Part shown: one piece after another, positions 7,673-18,072 of the stretch
Layout: every line of letters starts with the position of its first letter
Position numbering within the stretch: position 1 is the stretch's first letter
DNA from: Bdellovibrionota bacterium FG-1
Lineage (GTDB): Bacteria; Bdellovibrionota; UBA1018
DNA length: 36,850 nucleotides
NCBI GenBank assembly: GCA_051382295.1
Contig: JBBCAW010000009.1
Location: 1 to 36,850 of the forward strand
Direction: 5' to 3'
Position numbers and translations under genes: made by a program
Notes under the pieces: model-generated
Database searches by the model: none
What the model was told of the DNA's origin: nothing
Seen by the model: the letters and a program-made list of their open reading frames with translations, nothing else

Positions 7673-7690
7673 TTTTTTAACGAAATAGAG

Positions 7691-9175
7691 TTAACGACTG
7701 AGTTCTTCGGCCAAGGTTACAAAGGTATGCACCATCCGGCCAGCCGCGGGAACCTGGGCAGCCGAGGCTGCGGGTTCGCCCAAATCGACGGTGCCCGCGA
7801 TGTCCAAATGAACCCAAGGGGTGCCGGCCACAAATTTTTCAATAAATTTGGCCCCGGTCGTCGCGCCGCCATCGCGGCTTTTGCCCATATTTGATAAATC
7901 CGCGAGCTGAGACTTCAGTTCGTCGCCATAACGAGGGGACATAGGCAACGCCCAGGTCGGCTCTCCCGACGCCTCGGCAGCACGACGGACTTGATCAGAA
8001 AAGCCCGAGTGATTCGAAAAGAGTCCTGAGAGATGGGCACCTAAAGCGACACAACAAGCACCCGTCAAAGTAGCGGCATCGACAATCCAGTCGGCCTTTT
8101 GAGTGACCGCATAATGAACCGCATCCGCTAAAACTAAACGTCCTTCCGCATCCGTGTTTTGAATTTCGACCGTTTTTCCAGAAAAAGAGCGAAAAATATC
8201 ACCCGGATGAAGGGCGCCCGCACTGAGTTGATTGGTCGTGAGTGGTGTGACCCCTACCACGTTAATGGAAGGTTTAAGTCGCGCAATGGCGAGCATCGCG
8301 CCCAGGACCCCGGCGGCGCCACCCATGTCTTTTTTCATCCCGATCAGCTCACGCCACGCGACGGTTTTTAAATTCACCCCGCCTGTATCAAAGGTCACCC
8401 CTTTTCCAACTAGAAACAGGGTTTTCGTGCCGGATCGTTTAGCGCCCGTGTAACGAGCGATCAAAAACCGAGGAGGCGTGCCCGAGCCCTGTGAAACGGC
8501 CTGAAGAAGACCCATTTTTTTTACGGCAATTTTCTTTTCATCCCAAACTTCGAGACTCAGACGGCGTGAGCCCACCGCTTTCTTGAACCTATCGACAATA
8601 CCCTTGGGGCTGGCGGTGGCCGAAGGGAGTTCGACTAAATCCCGAGCAAATGCGATGCCCTCAGTAATGGCGCTCACCCGTTCGAAAGTTTGCTGGGCAA
8701 GAGCCAAAGCCGCAGCCCCCGAAACCGAAACCTCCTTCAGTTCAGTGGGCCCTTCGCTTTTTTTGGTCTTGAATTCATCGAGCCGATAGTTGGCCATGCA
8801 CAGGCCTTTAAGAAAATTGAAGACCACTTCAGGGTCCCGCATTTCGTCCGGCAACACGAGCTGCACCCGCTCGACCTTGGTCGCTAATAAGGCATGTCCT
8901 GCATTTTCAGCCCATTCAGCGGCTTCCTGCGTAGAAAAGCTTTCGACCTCACCGATGCCCATCACGAGTACGGTAGCGTCACCCTGATACAAGGCAAGCT
9001 TAGCCCCTCTTACGCCCAAGAGCGCGCCGTGCTTTGCCAAACGCGCAGGAACGATCTTCTTGGCGATCGCAGCGGGCAGGCCGCGCTTGGGGTGCGTCAA
9101 AAACAAAAAAGAACCCGACAACGGTTCACTTAAAAGGGAGGCTGAAACGACTTTAAAGGTGGGTGTTTTGAACAT
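7691..9175 (-). CDS. pepA: Leucyl aminopeptidase, family M17
   Basis: GKGVTFDTGG, MKKDMGG, NTDAEGRL, ATLTGA and WVHLDIAG. Confidence 0.95.
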   Translation of the reverse strand: MFKTPTFKVVSASLLSEPLSGSFLFLTHPKRGLPAAIAKKIVPARLAKHGALLGVRGAKLALYQGDATVLVMGIGEVESFSTQEAAEWAENAGHALLATKVERVQLVLPDEMRDPEVVFNFLKGLCMANYRLDEFKTKKSEGPTELKEVSVSGAAALALAQQTFERVSAITEGIAFARDLVELPSATASPKGIVDRFKKAVGSRRLSLEVWDEKKIAVKKMGLLQAVSQGSGTPPRFLIARYTGAKRSGTKTLFLVGKGVTFDTGGVNLKTVAWRELIGMKKDMGGAAGVLGAMLAIARLKPSINVVGVTPLTTNQLSAGALHPGDIFRSFSGKTVEIQNTDAEGRLVLADAVHYAVTQKADWIVDAATLTGACCVALGAHLSGLFSNHSGFSDQVRRAAEASGEPTWALPMSPRYGDELKSQLADLSNMGKSRDGGATTGAKFIEKFVAGTPWVHLDIAGTVDLGEPAASAAQVPAAGRMVHTFVTLAEELSR

Positions 9176-9217
9176 CTAAAACGCTTTATCGCGCTCAGAC
9201 AACAAAGACAAATCGTT

Positions 9218-10699
9218 TTACTGAACCCACTGGGCAGCGACATCCAAAAACTGCTGACGAGCCCGAGTCAGCGATAGGGGGTCGTCGGAGTTTGGCCCAT
9301 AAAGATCCGAACAATGAGCTTTGCCGTCAATCATCGCAGAAAACGTGTTGGCATTGACGTCATTGCCTCTCTGGTGAGTGATCGAAAGCTCGGACCAGGG
9401 ATCAACCGAGCCATTGGTAAAGAGAATCCGTGACGTCTGAGCAGGATCAAGCAAGGGCTGATAATATTTGGCATTGGTGGCGGCTTCGTCGGCAATGCTG
9501 TTGAGGCCAAAAAAACGTTTGCATAAACCTCGATCGTAGTCTGCGTTCAGGTTTGCCGAACGAACCGAACGCGCGCGGTCATGATGGCCATCTTGCCAAT
9601 ACCCGAATTCGCGACACGACTGATAGGTCCACTGCCTCATACCATCTGACTCATCAGCCCCAAGCCTGCCCGCCACGGCCGGCGAGAAATCATCGGCCGT
9701 TTGTTCGCGTTGCTTCAAAAATGACCGCACATAGTCTGCATAGGCTTGCACGGGATTGAGAGCGGGAACCAGTTGGTCGCAAAGTTTAGCGGGGTAACCG
9801 TATTGGACCGCATCCGCAGTGACATCCGCTAAAAGATAAAGGAAGTCCCCATCGTTTTTGACACTCGCCGCGCTAAAACGGTCCTTGAACGCAAGCGCGT
9901 CCGCGCCGCCCACGGCTAAAGCGCTTTCGGCGGCGGTCACTACTTTTCGCAAAGCATCGGAACACACCGGCCCGAGAACCTCTGTCACATGTGAATCGTA
10001 TTCTTCGAACGCATTTTTGGCCTGCACTGGCGCCGATGAAGCCAGCGAGCCTGCTATTAATTCGGGATATTTTAAACGATAAAAGGCCGAAAGTGCTCCC
10101 GGATAAGAGCCGCCCATGGCGATCCATTTTCCTTGCAGGCCCTTGGCAGTCATTAAGAATTTCTGAATGCTAGCTAAATCCATGAGGGCGTTGTCGGATG
10201 AAAGGTATTGAAGATTTTCGGGCGTGAGCATCGCAAAGGGCTGACTGTCTCCGTAGTAACGATGTTCGATGCCGACCAGATGGGCGTGAAGCTTCTGGGC
10301 CACTTGATCTGCAAACCGCCCCCCCATAAAACTTCGAGGCACAAGCGGCGCCTCGCCGCCAATATAGAGAACAACCGGTGCGCTTGGCCCGGAGGCATAG
10401 CCGGAGTACACGTAATAGCGCTGTTTAAAAGTGCGCAAATCGGTTGGGTTGCTAGGATTGAGCTTTTGCTCAAAATAATTTTCAGAAACGGCCGAAAGCG
10501 GATTCGGATTGGGTAAAAAGTCTGCCCTGAAGGTGGACCACGAAAACCGTGCCAGTTCTGACGCCACCTCAGTCATCCCATCCGCGACAGTATCCATGAG
10601 TGGATCGAACATCCGCGTTCGAGACCGCGCTTGAGCTTCGAGCGTACTGAGGGCTGCCACAAAGATAAAAACCAGAGGAAGGAGTAGGTTTCGCGTCAT
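9218..10699 (-). CDS. Secreted serine peptidase, family S28 (prolylcarboxypeptidase-like)
   Basis: Signal peptide; TFKQRY, YIGGE, EHRYYGDS, nucleophile motif GGSYPG, ASSAPV, RQWTYQSC.EFG, NGSVDPW and HCSDL. Confidence 0.92.
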   Translation of the reverse strand: MTRNLLLPLVFIFVAALSTLEAQARSRTRMFDPLMDTVADGMTEVASELARFSWSTFRADFLPNPNPLSAVSENYFEQKLNPSNPTDLRTFKQRYYVYSGYASGPSAPVVLYIGGEAPLVPRSFMGGRFADQVAQKLHAHLVGIEHRYYGDSQPFAMLTPENLQYLSSDNALMDLASIQKFLMTAKGLQGKWIAMGGSYPGALSAFYRLKYPELIAGSLASSAPVQAKNAFEEYDSHVTEVLGPVCSDALRKVVTAAESALAVGGADALAFKDRFSAASVKNDGDFLYLLADVTADAVQYGYPAKLCDQLVPALNPVQAYADYVRSFLKQREQTADDFSPAVAGRLGADESDGMRQWTYQSCREFGYWQDGHHDRARSVRSANLNADYDRGLCKRFFGLNSIADEAATNAKYYQPLLDPAQTSRILFTNGSVDPWSELSITHQRGNDVNANTFSAMIDGKAHCSDLYGPNSDDPLSLTRARQQFLDVAAQWVQ

Positions 10700-10928
10700 A
10701 GTGCGAATTCCTTATCAGAATAGGCGGGTTTTGTAAAATAATCAAAACCGCCGATTAAAGTTGATTAAAAACAACAGCTTAAACACTAGGCATTGAGGAA
10801 AACCGCGATCAAAAGTGGCCCTTCAAAAAGCCACCTCAGATTAAATAATATTCAAATTATATCCGATAGTTAAGGGAAGGTGCTCTTAACACTATTACAA
10901 GAGTAAAGTGGTAAACTATTAAATAAGC

Positions 10929-13900
10929 ATGAAGTTCCTCTTTGCACTCCGCAAACGATGGTTTGATCTATGTCCAGGAGAGGTCTTGCCTCTGTTGTTC
11001 GGGCAGCAGATTCTTTTGCTGACGGCCCTCATCACTTCAACCGTGGGCTGCGGTGCGCTCGAACAGGGCGGCAAATCTTCAGCCGGCGCGCCCATTGACA
11101 TGCACTACGCGACCAGCCCGGCCAAATACACAGTTGATACGGCAATCACGGCCAACAAAGTCGTTTCAGAAAAATCTCCCCTGGGTTTTACCATCAGCCC
11201 GACACTCCCTGTTGGTTTAAGCTTCAGCGGGCTTACAGGCACGATCACGGGAACGCCCACCGCGATTACGGCCGAAGCTGATTACACCATCAAGGCAAAC
11301 AACTCGTACGGAAGCGCGTTTACCAAACTGACGCTCGCGATCGTCGATAAAGTGCCTACAATTAGCTACGGTGGTAGCAAAACCCTTTCGTACACGGTGG
11401 GAACGCCCATCGCGACGATCACACCCACGCTCGGCGGTGGCGCGACGGTGGCGTGTATCTCGGTGCCAGAAATTCCCCAAGGGCTTTCTCTTTCTGCAGA
11501 ATGCGCGCTGAGTGGAATCCCTACCGCAGCTGCCCTACAAACCATCTATCAGATCACCGCGATTAATTCCGGCGGTTCGGCCGCCCTTCCTCTGGACATC
11601 ACGGTCATCGATCTTCCGCCGGCCTTCACCTATGATTCGATGACGTTTTCGTTACAACGAGGCACGGCGATTTCGAGTGGTTCGCCGGTCAATACTGGCG
11701 GTGTCATTACTTCTTGCGCGAGCGATTCCCCCCTTCCCGCCGGAATTGGACTGGGCGATGACTGCACGATCTCCGGCGTGCCTACTGCTCTGGCGGACTC
11801 GGCTACTTACACGATTACGGCCACCAATTCCGGGGGCACAGCGGGGCGATCGATTACGCTGGATGTTCATGACATTTTGCCAGCGATCAGTTATTCGCCA
11901 GCGAGTCAGACCTATATTGTTAAGAAAGCAATCACGGCCTTAGCGGTGATCAACTCCGGAGGAGCCATTGACACCTGTGTGATCTCGCCCGCATTACCCG
12001 ATGGACTCACCCTGGGCAATGATTGTGGACTTACGGGGACGGCGACTGCCGGCAGCGCAACCACCCCGTATACGGTTTCGGCCACCAACACGATGGGCAC
12101 CGCAACCACGACTCTCACGATTGCGGTCAACGACGTCGCGCCCACGATCACCTACAACGGCGGACCTTATACCTACACGCACGGAACAGTGATTCCCACG
12201 CTCACCCCTCTCCGCGGTGGCGGGACGTCCGTTGCTTGTGCCTCCTCGCCGGCGCTACCCGCAGGGCTGACCCTATCCCCGACTTGCGTCTTAACGGGGA
12301 CCCCGACTGTTGCGATTGCCAAGACTCGCTTTAATATCACGGCGACCAACACGGGCGGGACAGGAACTGCCGCAATTTATATTACGGTCAACCCCATTGC
12401 TCCCAACTTAACCTTTGCGGGAAGCCCCTATACCTTTCCTAAAGCGGTTGCGATTGTCCCGCTCACCCCGACCAATAGCGGTGACGACGCCACGAGCTGT
12501 ATCTCGGCGCCGGCCTTGCCCACTGGCCTGTCGGTTACCGGCACTTGTGTCATCTATGGAACTCCCGCTGCGGTCACGCCGACCGCGACTTACACTCTGA
12601 CGGCAAGCAACTCGGCTGGCCAATCCACGACAAGCCTCGGCATCACGATTACAGATACGCCGCCGAATATTTCCTTTAGCGGAAGCCCGTTCACTTTCAC
12701 TCATGGCTTAGCGATTACAACGGTGACTCCGACTAATACTGGCGGTGCGATCACTTCGTGCACCTCGGCGCCGGCGCTTCCGACGGGTCTCAGTGTATCG
12801 GGCACTACCTGCGCTATCAGCGGAACACCGACGGTTGTGACCGCGATCCAGGCTTATAAAATTACGGCCACTAACGCGGGTGGAAATAGTGATGCCACTA
12901 TCCAAATTACAGTGAACGATACTCCGCCTTTGATTTCGTATACGGGCAGTCCATTCTCTTACGTTAAAAGCACCCTCATCACTCCTCTCAACGTCATCAA
13001 TACCGGTGGCACGATTGTGTCCTGTGGCGCAAGTCCTGCGCTTCCCGCGGGGCTCTCGCTTTCAGCGACCTGTGACATGACGGGCACCCCCACGGCGGTT
13101 ACGCCCACGGGCAGCTATTCGATTACGGCCACGAATAGCGGTGGCAGCTCGACTGCGGCGATTTCGATTACGGTCACTGATATTCCGCCCGCCTTCAGTT
13201 ATGTGGGGTCACCCTTCACTTTTACTAAAAATTTAGCCGTCGGCCTACCCCTCACTCCCACGAGTACCGGCGGCACGATTGTGTCGTGCGCCGCAAGCCC
13301 GGGCCTTCCTGCGGGGCTTGCGCTCTCGCCTCTTTGCGTGATTTCGGGCACCCCCACGGCTGTGGCGGGTACGGCGACTTACACCATTACGGCGAATAAC
13401 TCGGGCGGGAGCGCCTCGACTTCGATTGACATGACGGTCAATGATATTGCTCCAACATTAGCGATTGCTGGATCTCCATTTACCTACACCAACGGCTCCG
13501 TCATTGGCACGATCACACCCGTACTGGGTGGCGGTGCAGTCACTTCGTGCACCTCCTCTCCTGCGTTGCCCGCTGGAATTTCGATCAATAATACCACTTG
13601 CGTGATCTCCGGCACACCGACCGTCGTTGCGAGTGTCGCTACCTACGCCATTACGGCTTCTAATTCAGGGGGCAGCGATTCTAAAAACATCTCGATCACC
13701 GTTAAAGATGTCATCCCCAATATTGCCTATGCGGGGGGCCCTTATACCTACATCAATGGAACGGTCATCACGACGCTCACCCCCAGTAATACCGGCGGTG
13801 CAGTCACTTCGTGCACCACTGATGTCCTTTTACCCACGGGACTCAGTCTCTCTACGACTTGTGTGATTACCGGGACACCGACCGTGGTCGCGAGTGTCGC

Positions 13901-16900
13901 GACGTACAACATCACGGCGACTAACTCCGGGGGCTCGGCCGCGCCGGTCCCCATTTCCATCACGGTCAATGATATTGCTCCAAATATCAATTATTTGCCC
14001 ACGAATTACAGCTTTTCCTACACGATTAATGTCGCGATTTCGACACTCAAGCCCAACAACACGGGGGGCGCGATCACGACTTGCACCGTCGCCCCCGCTC
14101 TCCCGCACGGGCTCGCCATTGCTGATCCGGATTGTGCGATCACAGGAACGCCTGACACCCTCGTACCCGCAGCCAACTACATCGTCACGGCACATAATTC
14201 GGGTGGCAGTAGCCCACAAACGATTCAGATCGCAATCCTTGATGTTGCGCCAACCATCAGTTACGCCGGCTCACCGTTTACGTACACCAAAGGAAGTCTC
14301 ATCGCTACCCTCACTCCCACACTCGGGGGGGGCCCGGTCACTTCGTGCACCTCGGCTCCGCCTCTGCCTCTAGGACTTTCGATCAACAACACGACTTGTG
14401 TTATTTCTGGAACTCCAACAGCCGTCACCCCGACCGCAAATTATACGCTGACTGCCTCCAACTCAGGCGGTAGTGCTACTGCATCGATCTCAATAACGGT
14501 CAACGATGCCGCGCCAGCCTTCAGTTACGCAGGTTCGCCGTTTACTCACACCAAAGATTCAGCCATCGCGACTCTCACCCCGACCAGCACCGGTGGCGCG
14601 ATCACCTCATGTAGCTCTGCACCTGGATTACCCGCTGGCCTCGCCGTCTCTACTTCTTGCGTGGTCTCCGGTACTCCTACCGCCGTGACAGCCTCCGCCA
14701 CCTATACCATCACCGCGACTAACTCCGGCGGGAGCGCCTCGGTTCCAATTGTCATTGCAGTCAACGATATTGCACCAACGATGGCTGCGCTCGGAGGCCC
14801 ATTCACCTATACGAAAAGTTCTGCCATTGGCGCCATCATACCCACCCTCGGTGGCGGGGCCGTCACTTCATGTACCTCAGCCCCCGCTTTACCGACCGGA
14901 TTATCGATCAACGCTACGACTTGCGTGATCTCGGGTACACCGACTGCGATTGCCAGTGTTACCGTCTACGCCATCACGGCGACTAACTCGGGAGGTAGCG
15001 TCTCTAAGAATGTCACGATCACTGTAAAAGACATCGTGCCAAATCTGACCTACGTCGATGCGCCCTTTATTTTTACAAATGGCACCCCGATTTCTACCCA
15101 AACGCCCACCAACTCCGGTGGCGCGGTCATTTCGTGTGTCTCTGACGTAGTATTGCCCGCTGGGCTTACCCTTTCAAGCACTTGCGTGATCACTGGCACG
15201 CCCTCCGTAGTCGCTGCCGCTGCCACTTACACCATCACCCCCACCAACTCGGGCGGAGATGGGACTCCGGTCGCTATTTCAATCACCGTCAAAGATACCC
15301 TCCCGATCATTAGCTATGCGGGTGCACCGTTTACCTTCACCAAAGGGTCGGCCATCACCAATAAAACGCCGACCAATACGGGTGGGGCTATCGTTACCTG
15401 CACCGACACCACCCCGTTACCCGCTGGTTTGTCCATCAGCAATGCCTGTGTGATCTCCGGCACGCCTGCGGGAGCGCTGGGCACCGCCATCTACACGATC
15501 ACGGCAACGAATTCTGGCGGCAATGCCACCACAAATATTTCTATCACCATTAATGATCCGGCACCGGCAATCAATTATATTCCCACCAGCTATAATTTTA
15601 CCTACACCAACGGCTCAGCGATTGTGGCTCTCACCCCCAACAACACGGGAGGGGGCATTACCAGCTGCTCAACGTCCCCCTCATTGCCTACAGGCCTCAG
15701 CATCGCGAACGGCGACTGTTCAATCACTGGCACGCCTACATCAGTGGTCAATGCCACCAATTATACAATTACCGCGACGAATTCCGGAGGTAGCTCCTCA
15801 GAAGTGATCACAATCACGGTGAACGATACCGCTCCAGCGATTAACTATGCAGCAAGTCCATTTACGTTTACGAACGGAAGCGCTATTGCGGACAAAACCC
15901 CCGCTAACACCGGCGGTACCATCACCACTTGTAGTGTCAGCCCTGGACTCCCCACGGGATTAGCAATATCACCCCTGTGCGTGATTACGGGCACTCCAAC
16001 TGCGATTAGCGCAACAGCCACGTACACCGTCACCGCCAATAACAGCGGCGGAAACGCCTCGACCACCATCAGTATCACCGTTAATGATGTCGCTCCGACC
16101 ATCAGCATCGTAGGCTCGCCCTTTACCTATACCGTCGGTTCGGCCATTGCCACGATTACCCCAACGCTCGGCGGTGGGACCTTAACATCCTGCGCTTCCA
16201 GTCCTGCTTTACCCGCAGGACTCTCAATCAATAATTCGACCTGTGTGATTACGGGCACTCCAACCACCCCTTCGGGCGTGACAACCTACACCATCACCGC
16301 CACTAATTCTGGAGGACATCCCACCGCGGCCGTTGACATGACGGTCAGTAACGCCAAACCCAATATTTCGTACGGCGGAAGTCCGTTTACCTTCGAGCGT
16401 GGAACCGCGATCAGCACCCAAACTCCGACCAATACCGGCGGCGTCAGCACTTCTTGCTCTTCGAATCCTGCTTTGCCGGCCGGGTTAACCCTCTCCACCA
16501 CCTGTGCTATTTCAGGCACACCCTCAGTTGCAGCGAGCATCAATACCTATACCATTTCAGCCACAAATGCGGTTGGGACAGGAACATTCGACATCAGCAT
16601 CACGATAAACGACCTCCCTCCCTCGATCGGATACGCACCTTCGTCCTTCACCTATACCCTACGAACGACCATCTCCACCCTCACACCTTCAAATACGGGC
16701 GGAGCCATTGGCTTATGCGCAATCTTACCCGCGCTCCCCGCCGGGCTCTCTTTATCGACTACGAACTGTGTGATCACCGGAACCCCCAGTGTCACTCATG
16801 CTGACACTCTTTATACCATTACGGCCACCAACCCATCAGGAACTGCGACCGCGACGATTCATATTCAAATCAAGAATCTGCCGGTCGTTGCCTTCTACGG

Positions 16901-18068
16901 TTTAACAGCACTCAATCAAGCTTGGAATGGATCAGCCCCTGGTTCCAGAAACGTCTGGAAAGCCACACAAGATGGAATTGACTTAACAGCCATAACCAGC
17001 AACACCAATGGCTGCTTGGACAGCATTAACCCCAGTTGGAATGCGACAGGCTCCCAACTCACTTTTGGTTCCCTCCGTGACCTCACCGGAATTACGGACG
17101 GGACTTCTACCCCCTCGTTCAACCTCTGGACCTCATCGGGGCTGGGCGCCAGTCCCACCCATCTGCAAGCTAATACTTTATCTACGTCTTCCTATAGCAG
17201 TGACGATCCCCCCGTATTTTCCCCGGATGGCATTTACGTCGCGTTTTCCTCGAAGACGGCCATCAATGGAACGGATAACGGGACAGCATCGAGTTCTTAC
17301 AATATCTTTATCACCAAAGCGGACGGCTCGGTTTTACCCACGGCCTTAACGCAAAACACTATCTTCGGATTCGATAGCACCAGTCCTGTTTTTTCAGCCG
17401 ACGGTACCATGATTTTCTTTGCCTCCAAAACTGCGCTCGACAAATCTTGGAATGCCACTGCCGCGACCGCCGGAAAAAATATCTGGCGCATCAATACGGA
17501 TGGAACGGGCCTGGTGGCTCTCACCAGCGACAACAATGCCATGATTGATCACATCGAGCCCGCGCTCTCCCGTGATGGAAATACGCTGGTTTGGTCGTCA
17601 AAAGCCCACATTTTAGGCATTAACGCGAATTCCTATAACATCTGGAAAATGGACATCGGAGGCACCAACCAAGCCTACCTCACCAGCAACACGGCGCCCA
17701 GCTTCGATAGCCACAACCCCAAATTCGCTCCCGACGGCAGCGAAATCGTCTTCACCTCGCAGATGAATATCAGCGGAAACACTTCGAGTTCGGCCAATGT
17801 CTGGGTGATGAGTGCCAATGGAGCCAGCCCTGTGGCGCTCACTCAAAATCTCGCCGGTAGCAAAGATTGCCTCATGCCTCAATTCTCACCCGATGGCACC
17901 AAAATCGCTTTTGCCTCTCTCATGGATGTCGGGATCACCCCTTCGTCATCCTATAATATCTTTGTCATCAACTCGAATGGAACTGGCCAGCCTACGGCCA
18001 TTACTCAAAACACCAACGGCGGCTATGGCTCTTTCTTAGCGCCCTTTGGCGCTTGGTTTGCCGAGTAA
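10929..18068 (+). CDS. Giant surface lipoprotein: 22 putative Ig (He_PIG/cadherin-like) repeats plus a C-terminal TolB/PD40-like beta-propeller
   Basis: Lipobox-like STVG-C after a hydrophobic stretch. 22 repeats of ~87 aa with LPxGL...ISGTP...YTITATNSGG. The C-terminal ~390 aa has repeated PxFSPDG..I.F.S blades. Confidence 0.92.
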   Translation: MKFLFALRKRWFDLCPGEVLPLLFGQQILLLTALITSTVGCGALEQGGKSSAGAPIDMHYATSPAKYTVDTAITANKVVSEKSPLGFTISPTLPVGLSFSGLTGTITGTPTAITAEADYTIKANNSYGSAFTKLTLAIVDKVPTISYGGSKTLSYTVGTPIATITPTLGGGATVACISVPEIPQGLSLSAECALSGIPTAAALQTIYQITAINSGGSAALPLDITVIDLPPAFTYDSMTFSLQRGTAISSGSPVNTGGVITSCASDSPLPAGIGLGDDCTISGVPTALADSATYTITATNSGGTAGRSITLDVHDILPAISYSPASQTYIVKKAITALAVINSGGAIDTCVISPALPDGLTLGNDCGLTGTATAGSATTPYTVSATNTMGTATTTLTIAVNDVAPTITYNGGPYTYTHGTVIPTLTPLRGGGTSVACASSPALPAGLTLSPTCVLTGTPTVAIAKTRFNITATNTGGTGTAAIYITVNPIAPNLTFAGSPYTFPKAVAIVPLTPTNSGDDATSCISAPALPTGLSVTGTCVIYGTPAAVTPTATYTLTASNSAGQSTTSLGITITDTPPNISFSGSPFTFTHGLAITTVTPTNTGGAITSCTSAPALPTGLSVSGTTCAISGTPTVVTAIQAYKITATNAGGNSDATIQITVNDTPPLISYTGSPFSYVKSTLITPLNVINTGGTIVSCGASPALPAGLSLSATCDMTGTPTAVTPTGSYSITATNSGGSSTAAISITVTDIPPAFSYVGSPFTFTKNLAVGLPLTPTSTGGTIVSCAASPGLPAGLALSPLCVISGTPTAVAGTATYTITANNSGGSASTSIDMTVNDIAPTLAIAGSPFTYTNGSVIGTITPVLGGGAVTSCTSSPALPAGISINNTTCVISGTPTVVASVATYAITASNSGGSDSKNISITVKDVIPNIAYAGGPYTYINGTVITTLTPSNTGGAVTSCTTDVLLPTGLSLSTTCVITGTPTVVASVATYNITATNSGGSAAPVPISITVNDIAPNINYLPTNYSFSYTINVAISTLKPNNTGGAITTCTVAPALPHGLAIADPDCAITGTPDTLVPAANYIVTAHNSGGSSPQTIQIAILDVAPTISYAGSPFTYTKGSLIATLTPTLGGGPVTSCTSAPPLPLGLSINNTTCVISGTPTAVTPTANYTLTASNSGGSATASISITVNDAAPAFSYAGSPFTHTKDSAIATLTPTSTGGAITSCSSAPGLPAGLAVSTSCVVSGTPTAVTASATYTITATNSGGSASVPIVIAVNDIAPTMAALGGPFTYTKSSAIGAIIPTLGGGAVTSCTSAPALPTGLSINATTCVISGTPTAIASVTVYAITATNSGGSVSKNVTITVKDIVPNLTYVDAPFIFTNGTPISTQTPTNSGGAVISCVSDVVLPAGLTLSSTCVITGTPSVVAAAATYTITPTNSGGDGTPVAISITVKDTLPIISYAGAPFTFTKGSAITNKTPTNTGGAIVTCTDTTPLPAGLSISNACVISGTPAGALGTAIYTITATNSGGNATTNISITINDPAPAINYIPTSYNFTYTNGSAIVALTPNNTGGGITSCSTSPSLPTGLSIANGDCSITGTPTSVVNATNYTITATNSGGSSSEVITITVNDTAPAINYAASPFTFTNGSAIADKTPANTGGTITTCSVSPGLPTGLAISPLCVITGTPTAISATATYTVTANNSGGNASTTISITVNDVAPTISIVGSPFTYTVGSAIATITPTLGGGTLTSCASSPALPAGLSINNSTCVITGTPTTPSGVTTYTITATNSGGHPTAAVDMTVSNAKPNISYGGSPFTFERGTAISTQTPTNTGGVSTSCSSNPALPAGLTLSTTCAISGTPSVAASINTYTISATNAVGTGTFDISITINDLPPSIGYAPSSFTYTLRTTISTLTPSNTGGAIGLCAILPALPAGLSLSTTNCVITGTPSVTHADTLYTITATNPSGTATATIHIQIKNLPVVAFYGLTALNQAWNGSAPGSRNVWKATQDGIDLTAITSNTNGCLDSINPSWNATGSQLTFGSLRDLTGITDGTSTPSFNLWTSSGLGASPTHLQANTLSTSSYSSDDPPVFSPDGIYVAFSSKTAINGTDNGTASSSYNIFITKADGSVLPTALTQNTIFGFDSTSPVFSADGTMIFFASKTALDKSWNATAATAGKNIWRINTDGTGLVALTSDNNAMIDHIEPALSRDGNTLVWSSKAHILGINANSYNIWKMDIGGTNQAYLTSNTAPSFDSHNPKFAPDGSEIVFTSQMNISGNTSSSANVWVMSANGASPVALTQNLAGSKDCLMPQFSPDGTKIAFASLMDVGITPSSSYNIFVINSNGTGQPTAITQNTNGGYGSFLAPFGAWFAE

Positions 18069-18072
18069 TGAT

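Noticed and set aside
10842..10869. sigma28 promoter for the giant lipoprotein (TAAA...TCCGATAG)
   Set aside because: Spacing is one base too long and the -10 box is imperfect; too weak to call.
10929..18068. Diversity-generating retroelement or recent DNA-level repeat in the giant gene
   Set aside because: No reverse transcriptase, and no near-identical template/variable pair differing only at adenines was apparent; the repeats are diverged throughout.
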